The position numbers and the translations under genes are program-made. The notes under the pieces are model-generated. The model was not told where the DNA came from, searched no databases, and saw only the letters and a program-made list of their open reading frames with translations. From Podarcis gaigeae (Eukaryota): a stretch of 64,000 nucleotides of DNA. Each line of letters opens with the position of its first letter. Positions within the stretch are counted from its first letter, which is position 1. Positions 14,085 through 27,189 of the stretch are shown here, piece after piece. The stretch lies in NCBI GenBank assembly GCA_964106915.2, contig OZ066914.1; one strand, 5' to 3'.

Positions 14085-15320
14085 GCATCTTGTAACTTGA
14101 AATATGGTTTTGGTAAATAAGCAAACATAATAAGCAGAAGCCCTATGGCCAGCTTGTGTATTTGACAAACTAAGAAGTTAATGTTACAGACACCTATTCA
14201 TGTATGTTTTTTTATGATACGTCCACACAGCATGCTTTCCAAACATGTATCAAACTTCTCAAATTCTATACTATCCGTTCATTATTAGTAAAGGCTGTGT
14301 TGGTAACTTAGTTAAATGTTTAACTTTTGCAAGAAGATATTCAGCCTTGAAGTTTAGCTACTTCTTGCTTGAGAACAATAGATAAGCTCTAAGAAATATT
14401 TTAAGTCTATGTGACTACATCATAACCAGAACGGAACCATTCCATTTGTGTGCTGTACCCACAGAACTCTGGATGTCAAAGTGATGGGTGCAGTCATAGG
14501 TATATCAGTGTATTTAAATCAGAATTGTCAAACTGTGTTATTATTGTTATTATGGTTTTTGTTGTAGTGTCTTTTGCGGTTATTGTTTGTATCGAAAAAA
14601 TGATTAAATAATTTTTTTTAAAAAAAGTGATGGGTTCAAGTCTAGTATTCTCCCTGATATACTAGTTTTCTATGTTCTTTTAAATAGAAGAAATTTTATG
14701 TAAATGCCATTTGCAGTCTAATGTGGTATAGCCCCTACATCTTGGATTTCGTAGATCTAAATTGTGTTGTACTAAAGAATCTGGAAGTTTAGAAGTTCAT
14801 AATTCTTCATGATGTAAAAGCTTTGATGTCTGATTAGATATCAGATTCCTGATACAGCTTTTGTTTTAACTGCTCCAAAACTGATTGCATTTAACCTTTT
14901 GACAGTATGCATCCCCATAGAAACTGTCCCAGACTCGGCTTCTGGTTCCAGTCTGCCTTAATGGATGCCGCTCCCATGATAGCAGAGATCGTTAGTAAAG
15001 ATAAACAAGGATTATTTGAGGGTAATTGTCCTTGCAAGCTCCCCCCAGGGGCCAGGGGAGTGAGTGTCACTCACAGACCATCTCGGTACCTGGCTCTCGC
15101 TCTGACATGGAATCTGGGAGGCAGGGAGGCACTGAGTGCAAAAGCAGTTCACCTATCGGTAACCCCCCTATGCAGCCATTAAGAAGCAGAGGTACTTCTG
15201 TTTATTAGAGTGAAATTAGGACTAATATGCAGACGTGTGCTGGAACAGATGGGTCAAGATCATAAACTCCTAAACTGAACCTGCTACAAAGCCGTACTGT
15301 TTAGAACTGGAAAGAAGTGG

Positions 15321-16023
15321 CACCTGGCTTGAGAGCAGTACATGTGAAAAGGATCTAGGAGTCTTGGTTGACCACAAACTTGACATGAGCCAACAGTGTG
15401 ACGCAGCAGCTAAAAAAGCCAATGCAATTCTGGGCTGCATCAATAGGAGTATAGCATCTAGATCAAGGGAAGTAATAGTGCCACTGTATTCTGCTCTGGT
15501 CAGACCTCATCTGGAGTACTGTGTCCAGTTCTGGGCACCACAGTTCAAGAAGGACACTGACAAACTGGAACGTGTCCAGAGGAGGGCAACCTAAATGGTC
15601 AAAGGCCTGGAAACGATGCCTTATGAGGAACGGCTAAGGGAGCTGGGCATGTTTAGCCTGGAGAAGAGGAGGTTAAGGGGTGATATGATAGCCATGTTCA
15701 AATATATAAAAGGATGTCACATAGAGGAGGGAGAAAGGTAGTTTTCTGCTGCTCCAGAAAAGCGGACACGGAGCAATGGATCCAAACTACAAGAAAGAAG
15801 ATTCCACCTAAACATTAGGAAGAACTTCCTGACAGTAAGAGCTGTTCGACAAGGGAATTTGCTGCCAAGGAGTGTGGTGGAGTCTCCTTCTTTGGAGGTC
15901 TTTAAGCAGAGGCTTGACAACCATATGTCAGGAGTGCTCTGATGGTGTTTCCTGCTTGGCAGGGGGTTGGACTCGATGGCCCTTGTGGTCTCTTCCAACT
16001 CTATGATTCTATGATTCTATTCT
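15321..16023 (+). mobile_element. CR1 LINE 3' fragment (ORF2 C-terminus and 3' UTR)
   Basis: Translates as [18 protein letters not shown]...[15 protein letters not shown]...[11 protein letters not shown], with two in-frame stops. Ends in an (ATTCTATG)n-type tail. Confidence 0.93.
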
Positions 16024-16259
16024 AAGACTTTCTTCAATGCAAAATATGGTATGTGAGGGGGTGGGAGCATTTACCCTTTCTTTATATATAGCATGTTTGC
16101 TACATAATTTATTATGGCAACCCCCCACCCCATGCTAACAAATTGATTAAAGGCAAGAGAAGGTAAAAGAGAACAGGGTTATATTTATGGATTACAAAGA
16201 AAAATAGAACTGTGTGAGAAAATTGAGTTGGATTTAAAGCATTGAAATTTCACTGTATT

Positions 16260-16448
16260 GCTGGCGCCTTCATTATATTTTTAGGCACCAGGTGAAAATG
16301 TTCCTCTTCAACCAGGCCTTTGGCTGATTAATATTTTACAGCCTTTTAAATGTGTCTGTGGGAAGGGAGGGTTTTGATTTACTTCTTTACTTCTTTTTAT
16401 CCAGTATTTTATTCTGTGGTCTGAGTTCTTATGATGAAGGGCAGTATG

Positions 16449-16482
<34 letters not shown>

Positions 16483-16497
16483 TGTATGTATGTATAA
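16260..16497 (+). mobile_element. L2-type LINE 3' end ending in an (ATGT)n microsatellite (16445-16495)
   Basis: L2-like tail motif tttaggcaccaggtgaaaatgttcctcttcaaccaggccttt followed by the simple repeat. Confidence 0.55.
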
Positions 16498-17234
16498 ATC
16501 TCACTGTGTAAAAACTGCATTCCAAACTTATCGGACCCTAGAAGATAGTTAGTCAGAGAGTTTTGCTAGGATGTTTTAACACTGGAGTGCTAAGCTGGGA
16601 AGAAAGGTATGGGAATGGAATGTCAATAGCCCCTCACTGTAGGCCTGGTTGTATGGCAGAATCTACGCAATCCTTTTTGTTAGGGAGTAGGAATTAAGAG
16701 AAGTCGCGCTACTTCTTTCAAATTACATTTTGTTTTGCCTTATAAATCACATTTATACATCTGAACTCCATATAAGGGTATAAATAATATGCAGGAAAAG
16801 AGGGTCAAAGGATGGATAGAACCCACAGGGAACTTCTCCCACATATAAATCTGTGGAAATGAAGCAGGTTTTTAATTCTTTTACAAATAACTATTTCAGA
16901 CTAGATTATTTTATATTAGAATGAAAGGATACTATATAGAGTGTATATTGTATATTGTAAGACAGCAAGAGTAAAGAGTCATAGGAATGGGACTCAAGTG
17001 ATGCTTGCCTAGCTGATCTCTACTTGTTTCTTTATGTCCATTATGTTTAAAAGGGTAGAGAGTGGTATTTTTTAATTTTCTATTCTGCCAGACTTTAATG
17101 GAGTCCAAAGTGCTCCTCATCAGTTGTGCCTGATGCAAAGCCTATAACTCTCTCCTGCTCTTTTATTCAGATCTGGAAACCACAATTCCTGCTTTGGCAG
17201 CCCAAATCATGACTACTCTTCACACCCTCTATCG

Positions 17235-17358
17235 CAGCTGTAGAGAACCTTTGGCTTTCCAGATGTTGCTGAATTACAACTCTCATCAGCCCTGGAACAC
17301 ATGGCCAGTAGTCAGGGATGATGGGAATTGCAGTTCTAGCAATATCGGGAGGGTCAAA
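17235..17358. mobile_element. Older relative of the 136-bp palindromic MITE
   Basis: Shares ccagatgtt...actacaactc.catca / cagggatgatgggaattg.agt with the 251 and 12295 copies. Confidence 0.6.
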
Positions 17359-17435
17359 AAAATTCTGTATCTGCTTTACTGGGTCTCCCATACACTATTA
17401 TTTGGACATTACCACCACTAGACAGATGCTAACTC

Positions 17436-17597
17436 TAGGGCTGCCATACCTCCAAGTTTTCCCAGACATATATGGGATTCGTCCTCTGGAAATGGCATCT
17501 GGGGGGGAATTTTCAAAAAGAAAAAAAAAGTCCAGGAAAATTCAGATGCATGGCAACCCATATCCGGTTTTTCACTTTTTGAAATATAGCAACCCTA
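17436..17597. mobile_element. hAT (Ac-like) MITE
   Basis: TIRs TAGGGCTGCCATA / TATAGCAACCCTA and a perfect 8-bp TSD, gctaactc. Confidence 0.85.
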
Positions 17598-18627
17598 GCT
17601 AACTCCTCTGAAGCTTGCGGCAAGTGGGCTTCAGTGGAGAGGATTTTCCTGTGTCACTCTCAAAAACATAAGATCAGCTGTAAAATAAAATACATGCAAT
17701 GAGGCCATTGCATGTGCTGCTATGCTGAAACCACTAACTAAAAAATAAATATATCAAAGATGAACACATGGTAATTTATTTGGCCATTCTGCCTCCTCCT
17801 GAGTAAGCACATGCATTTGAAAAACAGTCTTGCATCTAAATTCGAAGCATATTTACTCAGAAGTAAGTCAAACATATTTCAAGGGAATGGACTTCAGTGA
17901 AAGTATATACAGCACTGCAGCTTTTAGAATGAAAAAAAAATCAACGAATAATTTGATGTCTGTGCACCTACAGTTCAGCTGCCTGCCTTCCATGTATCTG
18001 CGATTAATTTATATAACTGTAATTACAGCTTCTAAAATTGCACCCCTCACTCTGTTTAATCAACCCTCTACTGGCAGTTTCCATCTTTTCTAATTAAGTT
18101 ACTGAGGATGTCAAGCCATGATTCCAACACAGCGTTTAATGCCAGATGCAATATTCTTTATCAAAATAATATGCTAATCTGCAAAATCATCAGCATACAA
18201 AAGCTTGCTTCATTTAATCATGTTAGGTCATGAAGGATACTCTGCAGGGGGAAAGTTGGTACTGTATCTTACTTGAGAATGTCTTAATGGGCTCCTTCAA
18301 CAGGAAGGGTGGGATGTACATCATATAATAAACAATAAGCAACAATAATTGTGCAGGGGTCTGTGGAAAGAGGCACATCAAGCCTTCTAGGTTTCGTTGA
18401 CTCCACAGAGAAATGAGGAACCTTGCTGAGAAGACAACACATGTTTATTGGCTTCCTCCAGCTATGCCACTGGGGAGTTGGCAGTATTATTTGCTTCTGA
18501 ATTCAGCAATTCTGTTGCCACCTGAGTACCAGGGAGTTAATTTATATACATAAAAAAATCAGGAGACAAGAGGTAAGAAGCTTGACTGCTGCAGTAGAAT
18601 TGTAATTGCCCCTTCCTCCCTGTTAAA

Positions 18628-18879
18628 CAGGGGTAGGCAACCTAAGTCTCGGGGGCCGGATCCGGCACAATCGCCTTCTCTATCCAGCCCACAGACGGTC
18701 CAGGAATCAGCGTGTTTTTACATGAGTAGAATGTGTCCTTTTATTTAAAATGCAACTCTGGGTTATTGGTGGGGCATAGGAATTCATTCATTATTATTTT
18801 TTCAAAATATAGTCCGCTGCACCACATGGTCTGAGAGACGGTGGACCGGCCCACAACTGAAAAAGGTTGCTGACCCATG
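18628..18879. mobile_element. hAT (Charlie-like) MITE
   Basis: TIRs CAGGGGTAGGCAACCT / AGGTTGCTGACCCATG and a perfect 8-bp TSD, ctgttaaa. Confidence 0.87.
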
Positions 18880-19107
18880 CTGTTAAATATGTCACCCTCC
18901 CCTTCTGTTTTGCTCTGGATTTGGGGGTGAAATACCTTAAGAAATTTGACCCCAAGAAAAATTAACAGAGAACACAGTAAGGGGGTAGGTGCCCCCAGAC
19001 CACCTGTCATTTAAACACTGGTTTTAAAGAATGTAATATTAAAGTATCTGTTTTAGTGCTGAGCCAAAGGGGGATGCTATCTCACGAAAAGGTTCATTAG
19101 AACTGGC

Positions 19108-19110
<3 letters not shown>

Positions 19111-19163
<53 letters not shown>
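19111..19163. repeat. (CT)n microsatellite
   Basis: Read directly from the sequence. Confidence 0.95.
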
Positions 19164-19166
<3 letters not shown>

Positions 19167-19527
19167 GGGGGGATATTAATGCAGAAGCAGTAGGTCTGCA
19201 AAACTATCCATTTCTGATAGCAGTCTGTAATTGACCAGGTCTGATTCTAAGGGGCTTTCTTTATCCCTAGTGACACTGACATATAGCTAAATCTGAGTTG
19301 CTACACAGTGTAGTGAAATCATCCCTTCTGGAGTGTGACCTCTGTTTCGGATGACTTTGGGAGGAATGAAACAAATGGTCCAAGGAACAGAGTAGGAAAA
19401 CAGTAGGGATACAAATACCTGTGAATAGCTATGAAAAAGATAGGCTCAACACTCTTTCCTGGGAAGGGAATACCCACCCACTCCCTAAAATCATGAATAC
19501 TGACCTGAAAACCGGGTGACGTGGAGA

Positions 19528-19700
19528 TCAGGTGGCCAGATGCAAAACATGGCAGGGCTCATATGCCTAAAATACTTGTGTAGACAAGAAAATTTCAGCA
19601 GGTGCAGCTCTTGTAATGGAAGCCAATTCTGCTGAAATTCCGTCTCCTACACAATTATTACACATGGAGGAGCCCTGCCTTCTTCTGCATCAGGTCATGC
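19528..19700. mobile_element. Old palindromic MITE
   Basis: Imperfect inverted arms ggccagatgcaaaa..ggcagggctc / gagccctgccttcttctgcatcaggtc and aatttcagcag / ctgctgaaatt. Confidence 0.5.
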
Positions 19701-19839
19701 AATGTGGAGAACATATAGCATACCATTCCTTTATTCCCATAGAATCTTAGAGGCTGTGCCCATGACATATTCAGCTGTAGTGTCATTCATAGATATATTC
19801 TACTCTAGGCTACCATTTACTTTAGGGTTTAGAGCTTAC

Positions 19840-19905
19840 CTTCATGTTGAATGTGGCATGGTTGCAGGAATGCATGTGACCACAGAAGGTCTGAGCACAC
19901 AACCC
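19840..19905 (-). CDS. SPAG16: SPAG16 coding exon (66 nt, phase 0-0): GLCAQTFCGHMHSCNHATFNMK
   Basis: Minus strand reads gttttctttttaaag|GGG TTG TGT ... AAC ATG AAG|gtaagc. It joins the two 127-nt exons in frame and supplies the GH of the next WD40 repeat. It is not in the ORF track. Confidence 0.92.
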
Positions 19906-20232
19906 CTTTAAAAAGAAAACACGCAAAAATCAGAACAGCAAATCAGACAATCACATGTGCTGTATAACTTCTTTATAAACTTGTTGAGTTTGATTTTGTG
20001 CTGTTCCAGCTAGATGAATGGATATTTGAGCAAACTGATAATATGTTATCCTTGTGTCTAATAACAACCAACTCTTCCCCTTTCCAGTTTCCAGAGACAA
20101 CATTAGCACTAAGGACTTTGGTCAGATTCTTGGTTGGGGGGGGGATCAGGTATTAAAAGGTGGTAGTAGCTGGGTTCCTACATCATCTCCTCAGAAAAGT
20201 CACCTTCTACTGCAGAGGATATCATCTTGAAG

Positions 20233-20664
20233 CAGTGCCGGATTTATGTATAAGCTAAACAAGCTATAGCTTAGGCACCCACTCTCTTGGGGGCCCCCAA
20301 AAAAATTAAAGGAAAAAAAATTGGATGTACATTTCCAGAATATAAGATAAAAAACAAATAAAATAAAATAAAACCTAGATACAGCAAAAGTGTTTTGTGT
20401 TGTGTAGGCTCCTATGATGTAAGTAATGGGCCCCGCCTGCTCCCTAAAATATCACTGGTTTGCTCATTTCTATATATAGGGTGCCTACATTCTGCATGGA
20501 CTGGTTGCATGGCAACATGTGCAAATGGTCCATAAATAACCATATAGCATATATTCAACACAAAAAACAGTGGCAATTTGTTGTTGACAAAAGACAGCTG
20601 GACATATAAAGGGCCCCATTACCTTCAGTAGCCTAGGGCCTCATCAAACCTAAATCCGGCCCTG
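20233..20664. mobile_element. hAT (Tip100-like) MITE
   Basis: TIRs CAGTGCCGGATTTA / TAAATCCGGCCCTG; 8-bp TSD tcttgaag/tcttgaac. Confidence 0.85.
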
Positions 20665-21919
20665 TCTTGAACGGCTTGGTGTTGTTGGGCTTGCTTACAA
20701 AGCAAAACCCTGACTGACGTTTACCAGGCAGGGCTAGTCTGAGAGCTGAAGAGGAAGTATTTCTCTTTGATGAAACTATTCCTTATAACCAAACTGTCCC
20801 AAACCAAAATCACTAGAGAAGAGAAATTTTGTCTTTTTCACTACCACCTCAAACATCTTCAAACAGCCTACAGTGAGCATTCAGCACAATTTTTCTACCA
20901 CTCGTATTCTAATTACCTACCCAGTTGCTCTAACTAGAAAGAGAAGGGAGAGGGCACCTAGACATCATTGTACTGGCATTGAACAAACTTTCTGTTGGAC
21001 AGGTGGAGTGAACAACCATGTCTTTGAAGGTTTATCTATTATCCCACGGAGGTCCTATGAAGCTGCATCTGCATTCTAACAATATCTGGATATTCCTGCC
21101 ATGCCCAAGAAGAGACATTGAATGTTTTGAACACTTTTCTGCAAATATGGGTATGCATTTTTTCTGAACAGCAGATTTTTCTAAATTGCTATTTGCAGAT
21201 TAGTTTGGATCCTAAGCATACTGCACATTGTTCCTCATTACAGATAGTCAATGGCAACTGTTCAAGTAACTTGCATACTGTGTACAACCAAAGCCATATA
21301 TTTACTTTAAAAAACAGGAAAGAATTTGGTTGGAACAATGATGAATAATATACATGTAATTAAGAGAAGCTAAAGTGAAGTATATATATCTTTAAGGGGA
21401 AAATAACCATTATTTTATGAGGAGTACATTGCTATAAATCTAGCATTAGCTACTTGATAGGAATAATCATGTAATTTATGGAGTAAAGCTAATCTTGTTA
21501 ATTGAAGTGAAGGGGATAGCCAAGGTACTGGTAGAGATGAGTATACAGCTCATTTATCTTCCTGCTGTTAACTCTTAACTCCCATCATTTCTCCAACATA
21601 TACTGCTGTTTGGTTTTGCTCCTTAGGAAATAGACACAAAGAATGTGAAGGGAACTGCAAAAACTCTATATATGATCTTAGCAACTCTAACGGCTAAAGT
21701 CAAACTTATCTAGATGTTTTATATTATATAAAATCTCCCATTCCACTATAATGTACAGTACTTAATTTAGTTTGCTCGAAGTCAAGATGGCAATGGCTAC
21801 TGAAATTCTGGTTTTCTTAGTTGATCTTGTGAAAAACCTCAGCCTTGTAATAGTGTAATGCTGTTTATTTGTTTATTGGTTATTTATTTATTGTGTGAAT
21901 CACCCATAAAACATTCTGA

Positions 21920-23810
21920 ACCAATTTAACAATAAAAACTTATATAAATGGAATTTCAGTCCAATGCAGATAAAATGTGGGTTAAAACTCTCCACTTATA
22001 GGGCTTCTTGGAAGAGGAACATCTTCATCAGGCACGGAAAAGACAGTAAAGATGGCACCTTTCTGATATGTAATGAGTGGGAGTTCCAAAGGGTACATGC
22101 AATCACACCAAAGGTTCAATTCCTACATTGTAACAAATGGACTTCTTCATGAGATGGTACCTGCAATAGGCCCTCTCCTACAGAACACAGCGATGGACTG
22201 CAAATTTAATGGGTGAGATGATCTTTTAGGTATCCTGATCCCAAGCTGTATAAGGTTTGTACACTAGAACCAGCACCATAAGCTTAGCCCATAAGCTAAT
22301 TGGCAGCCAGTCTTTGAGCAGTGGCATAATGCAATAGCAATATTCTGCCCCAGCAAGTAGGTGAACCACTGCATTTTGCACCAGCTGCAGTGGTGCACAG
22401 AGCCATACTCAGAGGTAGCCCCACATAGAGCGCATTGTAGTAATCTCAGCAGATGGCTGAAAGTGGTCAGGTCATCCTGGCCCAGAAATGGCTTTAGCTG
22501 TTTCACCAGCCAAAGATGGCAGAAGATAGGCATGCCAGGTTACACCCAACATTGTGGGTGTCCGGCAAGCATGCGTGATGTCACTGTCAGGTGTGGGCTG
22601 GCAGCTGGCTTGATAACAGTACACAAGACTTAATTAACTGGTAGATTTATTGCAAGCAGCAATTAGTCTCTGACCGCTCTATTGGAGCATCTATTCATCA
22701 CAGTCAAGTTGACCCTTCTGAAGAGTGCTTCCGGTTTCTGAAGAACATCCTGAACTTCCGACCCTTACATTTTGGGGCTTGTTTTCTTTCTAGGACTTTC
22801 CCTATTCACCTAGTTTGGGGACTGATGGTGTAAGTTGCCTCCTCTTCCTGTGAGAAACTGCACACCTTTATGCCAGGTATGACTGTGCTTCTTGCGAGAG
22901 CAGGCTGCTCTCCAGCCCGCTCTGCTGAAGCAGATAAGCTGCATTCCTGCCAGCTCCTGAAAGAGGAGGGGTTGATAGCCCCCCTGTTTCAACTGTCTGA
23001 GAAATATGCATGCCTTTCTGCTCTCTCTGCGTCTGCCTGCTTTCTGTTTCAGGCAGCTTTGGGCTGGCATGTTCACGACAGTCACACACCACCACAGCAG
23101 GAGGGCCTGACGGAGTGTCCTGCTGCAGCACGTGACACATTGGGTCACCCAGCTGGGCACCCACAGTGAAAATTTGTGGGTGCCTCGGCATCCTCCCCCC
23201 CATGGCATCTATGGCAGAAGGCACACCTAGCCACTGAAGTCACATCAGCCTGTAGAAACAGAGATGCAGAGCACTGCCAAGTTAAGAACCTGCTCCTTCA
23301 GCAAAGCACAGCCTCATCCAAAGCAGGCAAATGACCAGTTATCTGGACTCAGGAACTTCTCACTCATGGTGTCTCCACCTTGCCAAGATTCAGACTCAGT
23401 TTTTGGCCCTCGTGTAGCCCATCACTGTGTCCAAGCACTGGTATAGGGCTTGCATGGCTTTTCCTGATTCAGAAATTACAGAGAAATAGATCTTGGTAAT
23501 GTCAGCATATTGATGACACCTTATCCCAGATCTCCCAATGACCACTCCTAATGTGTTCATGTAGATGTTAAATAACATTGGGAGCAGCATAGTAGGCAGT
23601 GGCCCCCTGCAGCACAAGTGCTATGTGGGTGGGTGGGAAATCACCCAATGCTATTTTCTGAAATCAATCCTGGAGAAACAGTGCCTTCAATACCCATCTC
23701 ACTGCATTGGTTAGAGACCATGGTCAATGGAATCAAAACCCACCGAGAGTTTAAATAAGAATAATAGGATCACAATAACATTCCTCTCTCAATAATGGTC
23801 ATCCATGAGG
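21920..23810 (-). mobile_element. Degraded L2-clade LINE (RT to 3' end), interrupted by a TIR element
   Basis: The minus-strand translation near 23396-23617, PMLFNIYMNTLGVVIGRSGIRCHQYADITKIY, is a decayed RT YADD region. L2-like ORF2 C-terminal sequence continues at 21960-22520. Confidence 0.75.
22526..23212. mobile_element. Probable hAT-type insertion nested in the L2
   Basis: Flanked by the direct repeat ggcagaag (22518-22525 / 23213-23220), with imperfect TIRs ATAGGCATGCCA / TGGCATCTAT. Confidence 0.55.
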
Positions 23811-24034
23811 TGGGGCAGTTGATTGGGACAGCTGCTGCCATGCACCTGGCCTCCTGTCAGCTGTGTTGCTGTGCTTACTATGATAACAGGATGCTGGAAT
23901 AGATGAGCCATTAGCCTGATCCAGCAGGCTCTTCTGTTCCTGCAGCTGTCACACCAAAAATATTTTGATCACCTACCACAGAAAGGGAGTATTTGTCATT
24001 GGGTGGCAGTTGTCCACAAGTAAGTTGGATCATA

Positions 24035-24395
24035 GGGACGCAGGTGGCACTGTGGGTTAAACCACAGAGCCTAGGGCTTGCCGATCAGAAGGTCGGCGGT
24101 TTGAATCCCCGTGACTGGGTGAGCTCCCGTTGCTCTGTCCCTGCTCCTGCCAACCTAGCAGTTCGAAAGCACATCAAAGTGCAAGTAGATAAATAGGTAC
24201 TACTCTGGCGGGAAGGTAAAAGGTGTTTCCGTGTGCTGCTCTGGTTTCACCAGAAGCGGCTTAGTCATGCTGACCACATGACCAAGAAGCTGTCTTTGGA
24301 CAAATGCCAGCTCCCTCGGCCATTAAAGTGAGATGAGAGCCGCAACCCCAGAGTCATCCACAGCTGGACCTAACGGTCAGTGGTCCCTTTACCTT
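24035..24395 (+). mobile_element. Sauria SINE, full length
   Basis: tRNA-like head GGGACGCAGGTGGCACTGTGGGTTAAACC...GGTTTGAATCC and an ACCTTT tail. 13-bp TSD taagttggatcat (24021-24033 / 24396-24408). Confidence 0.93.
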
Positions 24396-25429
24396 TAAGT
24401 TGGATCATCGCTTCTTTCAAGACTGCCAGGACCACTCTCTTACACAAAGATGCACCTGTCATGTACCCTCAACATGCTCTGTGAAGCGAAGGGTCAAAGG
24501 AGCATATGTTCAGGTACATTGTTGCAAGTGCCTTGTCCGTGTCATCAGGCCATATCAACTAAAACTGATGCCATAATATCCTGCTGCGCTGGAGACTATT
24601 CTGGAAATTGCAAAAAATGTGGCTCCAGTAAAATTGCTATGGAAGGGAGCAAATCTATTCTGAAAGGGCCTTGCAAACAGGTCGCAGTGGGCTTTGAAGG
24701 CCCAGAACTCTGCTCCTTGGGCTTCAAGGGCTTCAAAGGGGTTTATCTGCTCTATCCAATAGAAAGAGCATTTCCTGAAGGTGCACCATCTGAATTGACT
24801 TTAAAGAAGTCTAGTTCTACCTCTTACTATTGTAATTACACCTACTATTCAATTAGACAGTTGATTTAACAACTATCCTCATCAAAAAAATTATGATGAA
24901 ATAGTAGGGTTAAAAGAACCTCCTTTCCATTATATAGATTCTATCAGTTTTTTAGTGTTCCTGACTAATCAAGTTTATAAATTTAACTTGGGGCAACATT
25001 AGACCTTGCCAAGGAATATTCTCAAAGCTAATTTGCAAAAGCAACGTTTTGCATTAGATGTAGATTTACATATGAAAAGAAAGAAATTTATAATAACTCC
25101 TAGCTATTGATAGGGCTACTAAACTATGCAAACCTTACAATTCAATTCTCTTAAGGGTACCGTCCGTATCTTTTCAGCTACAAGCCTGAATTAAATCTGG
25201 AGACTTAGGTCACACTATTTCCATCATGCTTCTAAGTGCATCAACCTTTTATCATCGATAATGAACCTTTTGGAACCAAATATATATAACTAGTATGCTT
25301 TGGACTGATATTTTTGGCTTGTTGCTTTTTTATCCAAATATGCTAGAAACTATTAGATATAAAGGTAACCCAAAATTCTGGAAATAGGTCCTTATAGTCC
25401 CATGGATCTAGATAAATGCCTGGCTTCAC

Positions 25430-25650
25430 ACATTGACTTGGATGGCTTTGAAGGAAGGGGGACTAGACAGATTCATGGAAGGCAATGTATTTGTGGATAT
25501 TAGGCCATGATTGTTCGCTGGAATCTTCATGCCCAGAAGCAGAGTCCCACTGTGTGCCAGTTGGAGGGGAGCAACAGAAAAGGGCAACTAAAAGGATTAA
25601 GGGGATGGTGAAACTCCCCTATGAAGAAAGGTTACAGCATTTGGGACTAT
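25430..25650 (+). mobile_element. Short degraded CR1 fragments
   Basis: gggcaactaaaaggattaaggggatgg...ccctatgaagaaaggttacagcatttgggac resembles the RATKMVKGLE..PYEERL region of the CR1 near 15590. Confidence 0.55.
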
Positions 25651-26260
25651 AGTGGAAACTCGGATTATGGCGGGGATCTATTCCGGAGGCCCCGCCGCAA
25701 CCTGAAAATGACGCACATCAAAGCACTGCCTTTGCACATGCAAAGACAGTGAAAAAGTGAAAGACAGTTCTGGCTGCATAATTTTTAGTGTTAAATACCA
25801 CCCCACCTCCAATTGGATTGAGATTCCAGGGGCTCCAGGGTATGTGTCTTCTTCAAAAGCACAGACTGTAGTGTCTCTATGATATATGGTTTTATTTATA
25901 CATACATACAACCTGCACCTAGATGGAGGGATTGCAGGTCAGTCACATCCTATGAGGGTCTGGCTTCCCCCTTAAGAGCAGCTTTGGATTAAAAGGGCAG
26001 CAAAAGCCATCCTCTGTGTCTCTTAGTTCCAGCTGGTCATCCCCAGCTCACTTGGAGTTCTGCCCCTCCTCATCCTCCTCGCTGTCCACCAACTCCAAAG
26101 ACCTCCCCATAGACATGTGTCATTCAAAGTTGAAACCCTAAACCTGGCCTTTGCCTTTGCCCACTGGCACCCAGCAAAGAAGGGGCCCCTTGCCTGGCAG
26201 CCTTGCCCTCTGATGGGCCTTGTCCTTGATGGGCCATCACTGGCTTTTGTCCCCTGCTAA

Positions 26261-26597
26261 TGGGTTAAACCACAGAGCTGGGCTTGCCGATCAGAAGGTC
26301 GGTGGTTCGAATCCCCGCGAAGGGGTGAGCTCCCATTGCTCAGTCCCTGCTCCTGCCAACCTAGCAGTTCGAAAACACGTCCAAGTGCAAGTAGATAAAT
26401 AAGTACCGCTCTGGCAGGAAGGTAAACAGTGTTTCCGTGCGCTGCTCTGGCTCACCAGAAGCGGCTTAGTCATGCTGGCCACATGACCCAGAAGCTGTAT
26501 GCCAGCTCTCTCGGTCAATAAAGTGAGATGAGCACCTCAACCCCAGAGTTGTCCGCGACTGGACCTAATGGTCAGGGGTCCCTTTACCCTTTACCTT
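26261..26597 (+). mobile_element. Sauria SINE (slightly 5'-truncated)
   Basis: B-box GGTTCGAATCCC, the same body as the other copies and an (ACCTTT)n tail. Possible TSD taatgg. Confidence 0.92.
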
Positions 26598-26736
26598 TAA
26601 TGGCCCATCTAACTTGCTAGCATAACTAAATCCAGGGCATTTCCCTGTTTGGCAAAGATTAATCAAACCTTCATTAATTCTAACTTTTGCTAAATCCAGG
26701 AATTATGAGGAGGATCTGGCACCCAGGAATGTATGG

Positions 26737-27189
26737 CAGTGGTTTTCAACCAGTGTGTCGTGGCACCCTAGGGTGCCTTGAATGGTAGTCAGGGGTGCTG
26801 CGGGCAAGACTGGCTTCTGTCCCTTTTTCCTTGCCTCCCTCCTCTGATGCCCTCTCCTGTCTCTTCCTCCCAAAGGCTTGCACAGCTGTTTATTGCAGCA
26901 GCCCTGGCTATAAACTCAACAGGCAAATGGTGGCTCTCGAAGGCACCTCTCTTTGGAGCAAGGGAGACCAGGGGCAGCAACAGCAGCAGCAGTTCTCTGG
27001 AGGACTCCCAAGGAGAGGGGAGAGGAGAGGAGGCTGAGGGAACACTCCTCAAGGGAGAAAAGGGTGAGGGGCTGCCAGCTCTGCAGGCAAGGGGTGACAT
27101 AACTGGGCTCCTGAGCCCCACAGAGTTGCCACAGAAAGAATATAGTCGGTCAAGGGAGTTGTGGACTCAAAAAACATTGAAAACCTCTG
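26737..27189. mobile_element. hAT (Charlie-like) MITE
   Basis: TIRs CAGTGGTTTTCAA / TTGAAAACCTCTG; 8-bp TSD atgtatgg/atgtaggg. Confidence 0.82.

Larger units (their letters stand above)
3250..19839 (-). other. SPAG16: SPAG16 intron (~16.6 kb, GT-AG)
   Basis: Bounded by the donor and acceptor of the flanking exons. Confidence 0.85.

Noticed and set aside
24035-24115. tRNA genes at the SINE heads (A/B-box-like motifs)
   Set aside because: They are tRNA-derived SINE promoters joined to a SINE body and tail, with no complete cloverleaf.
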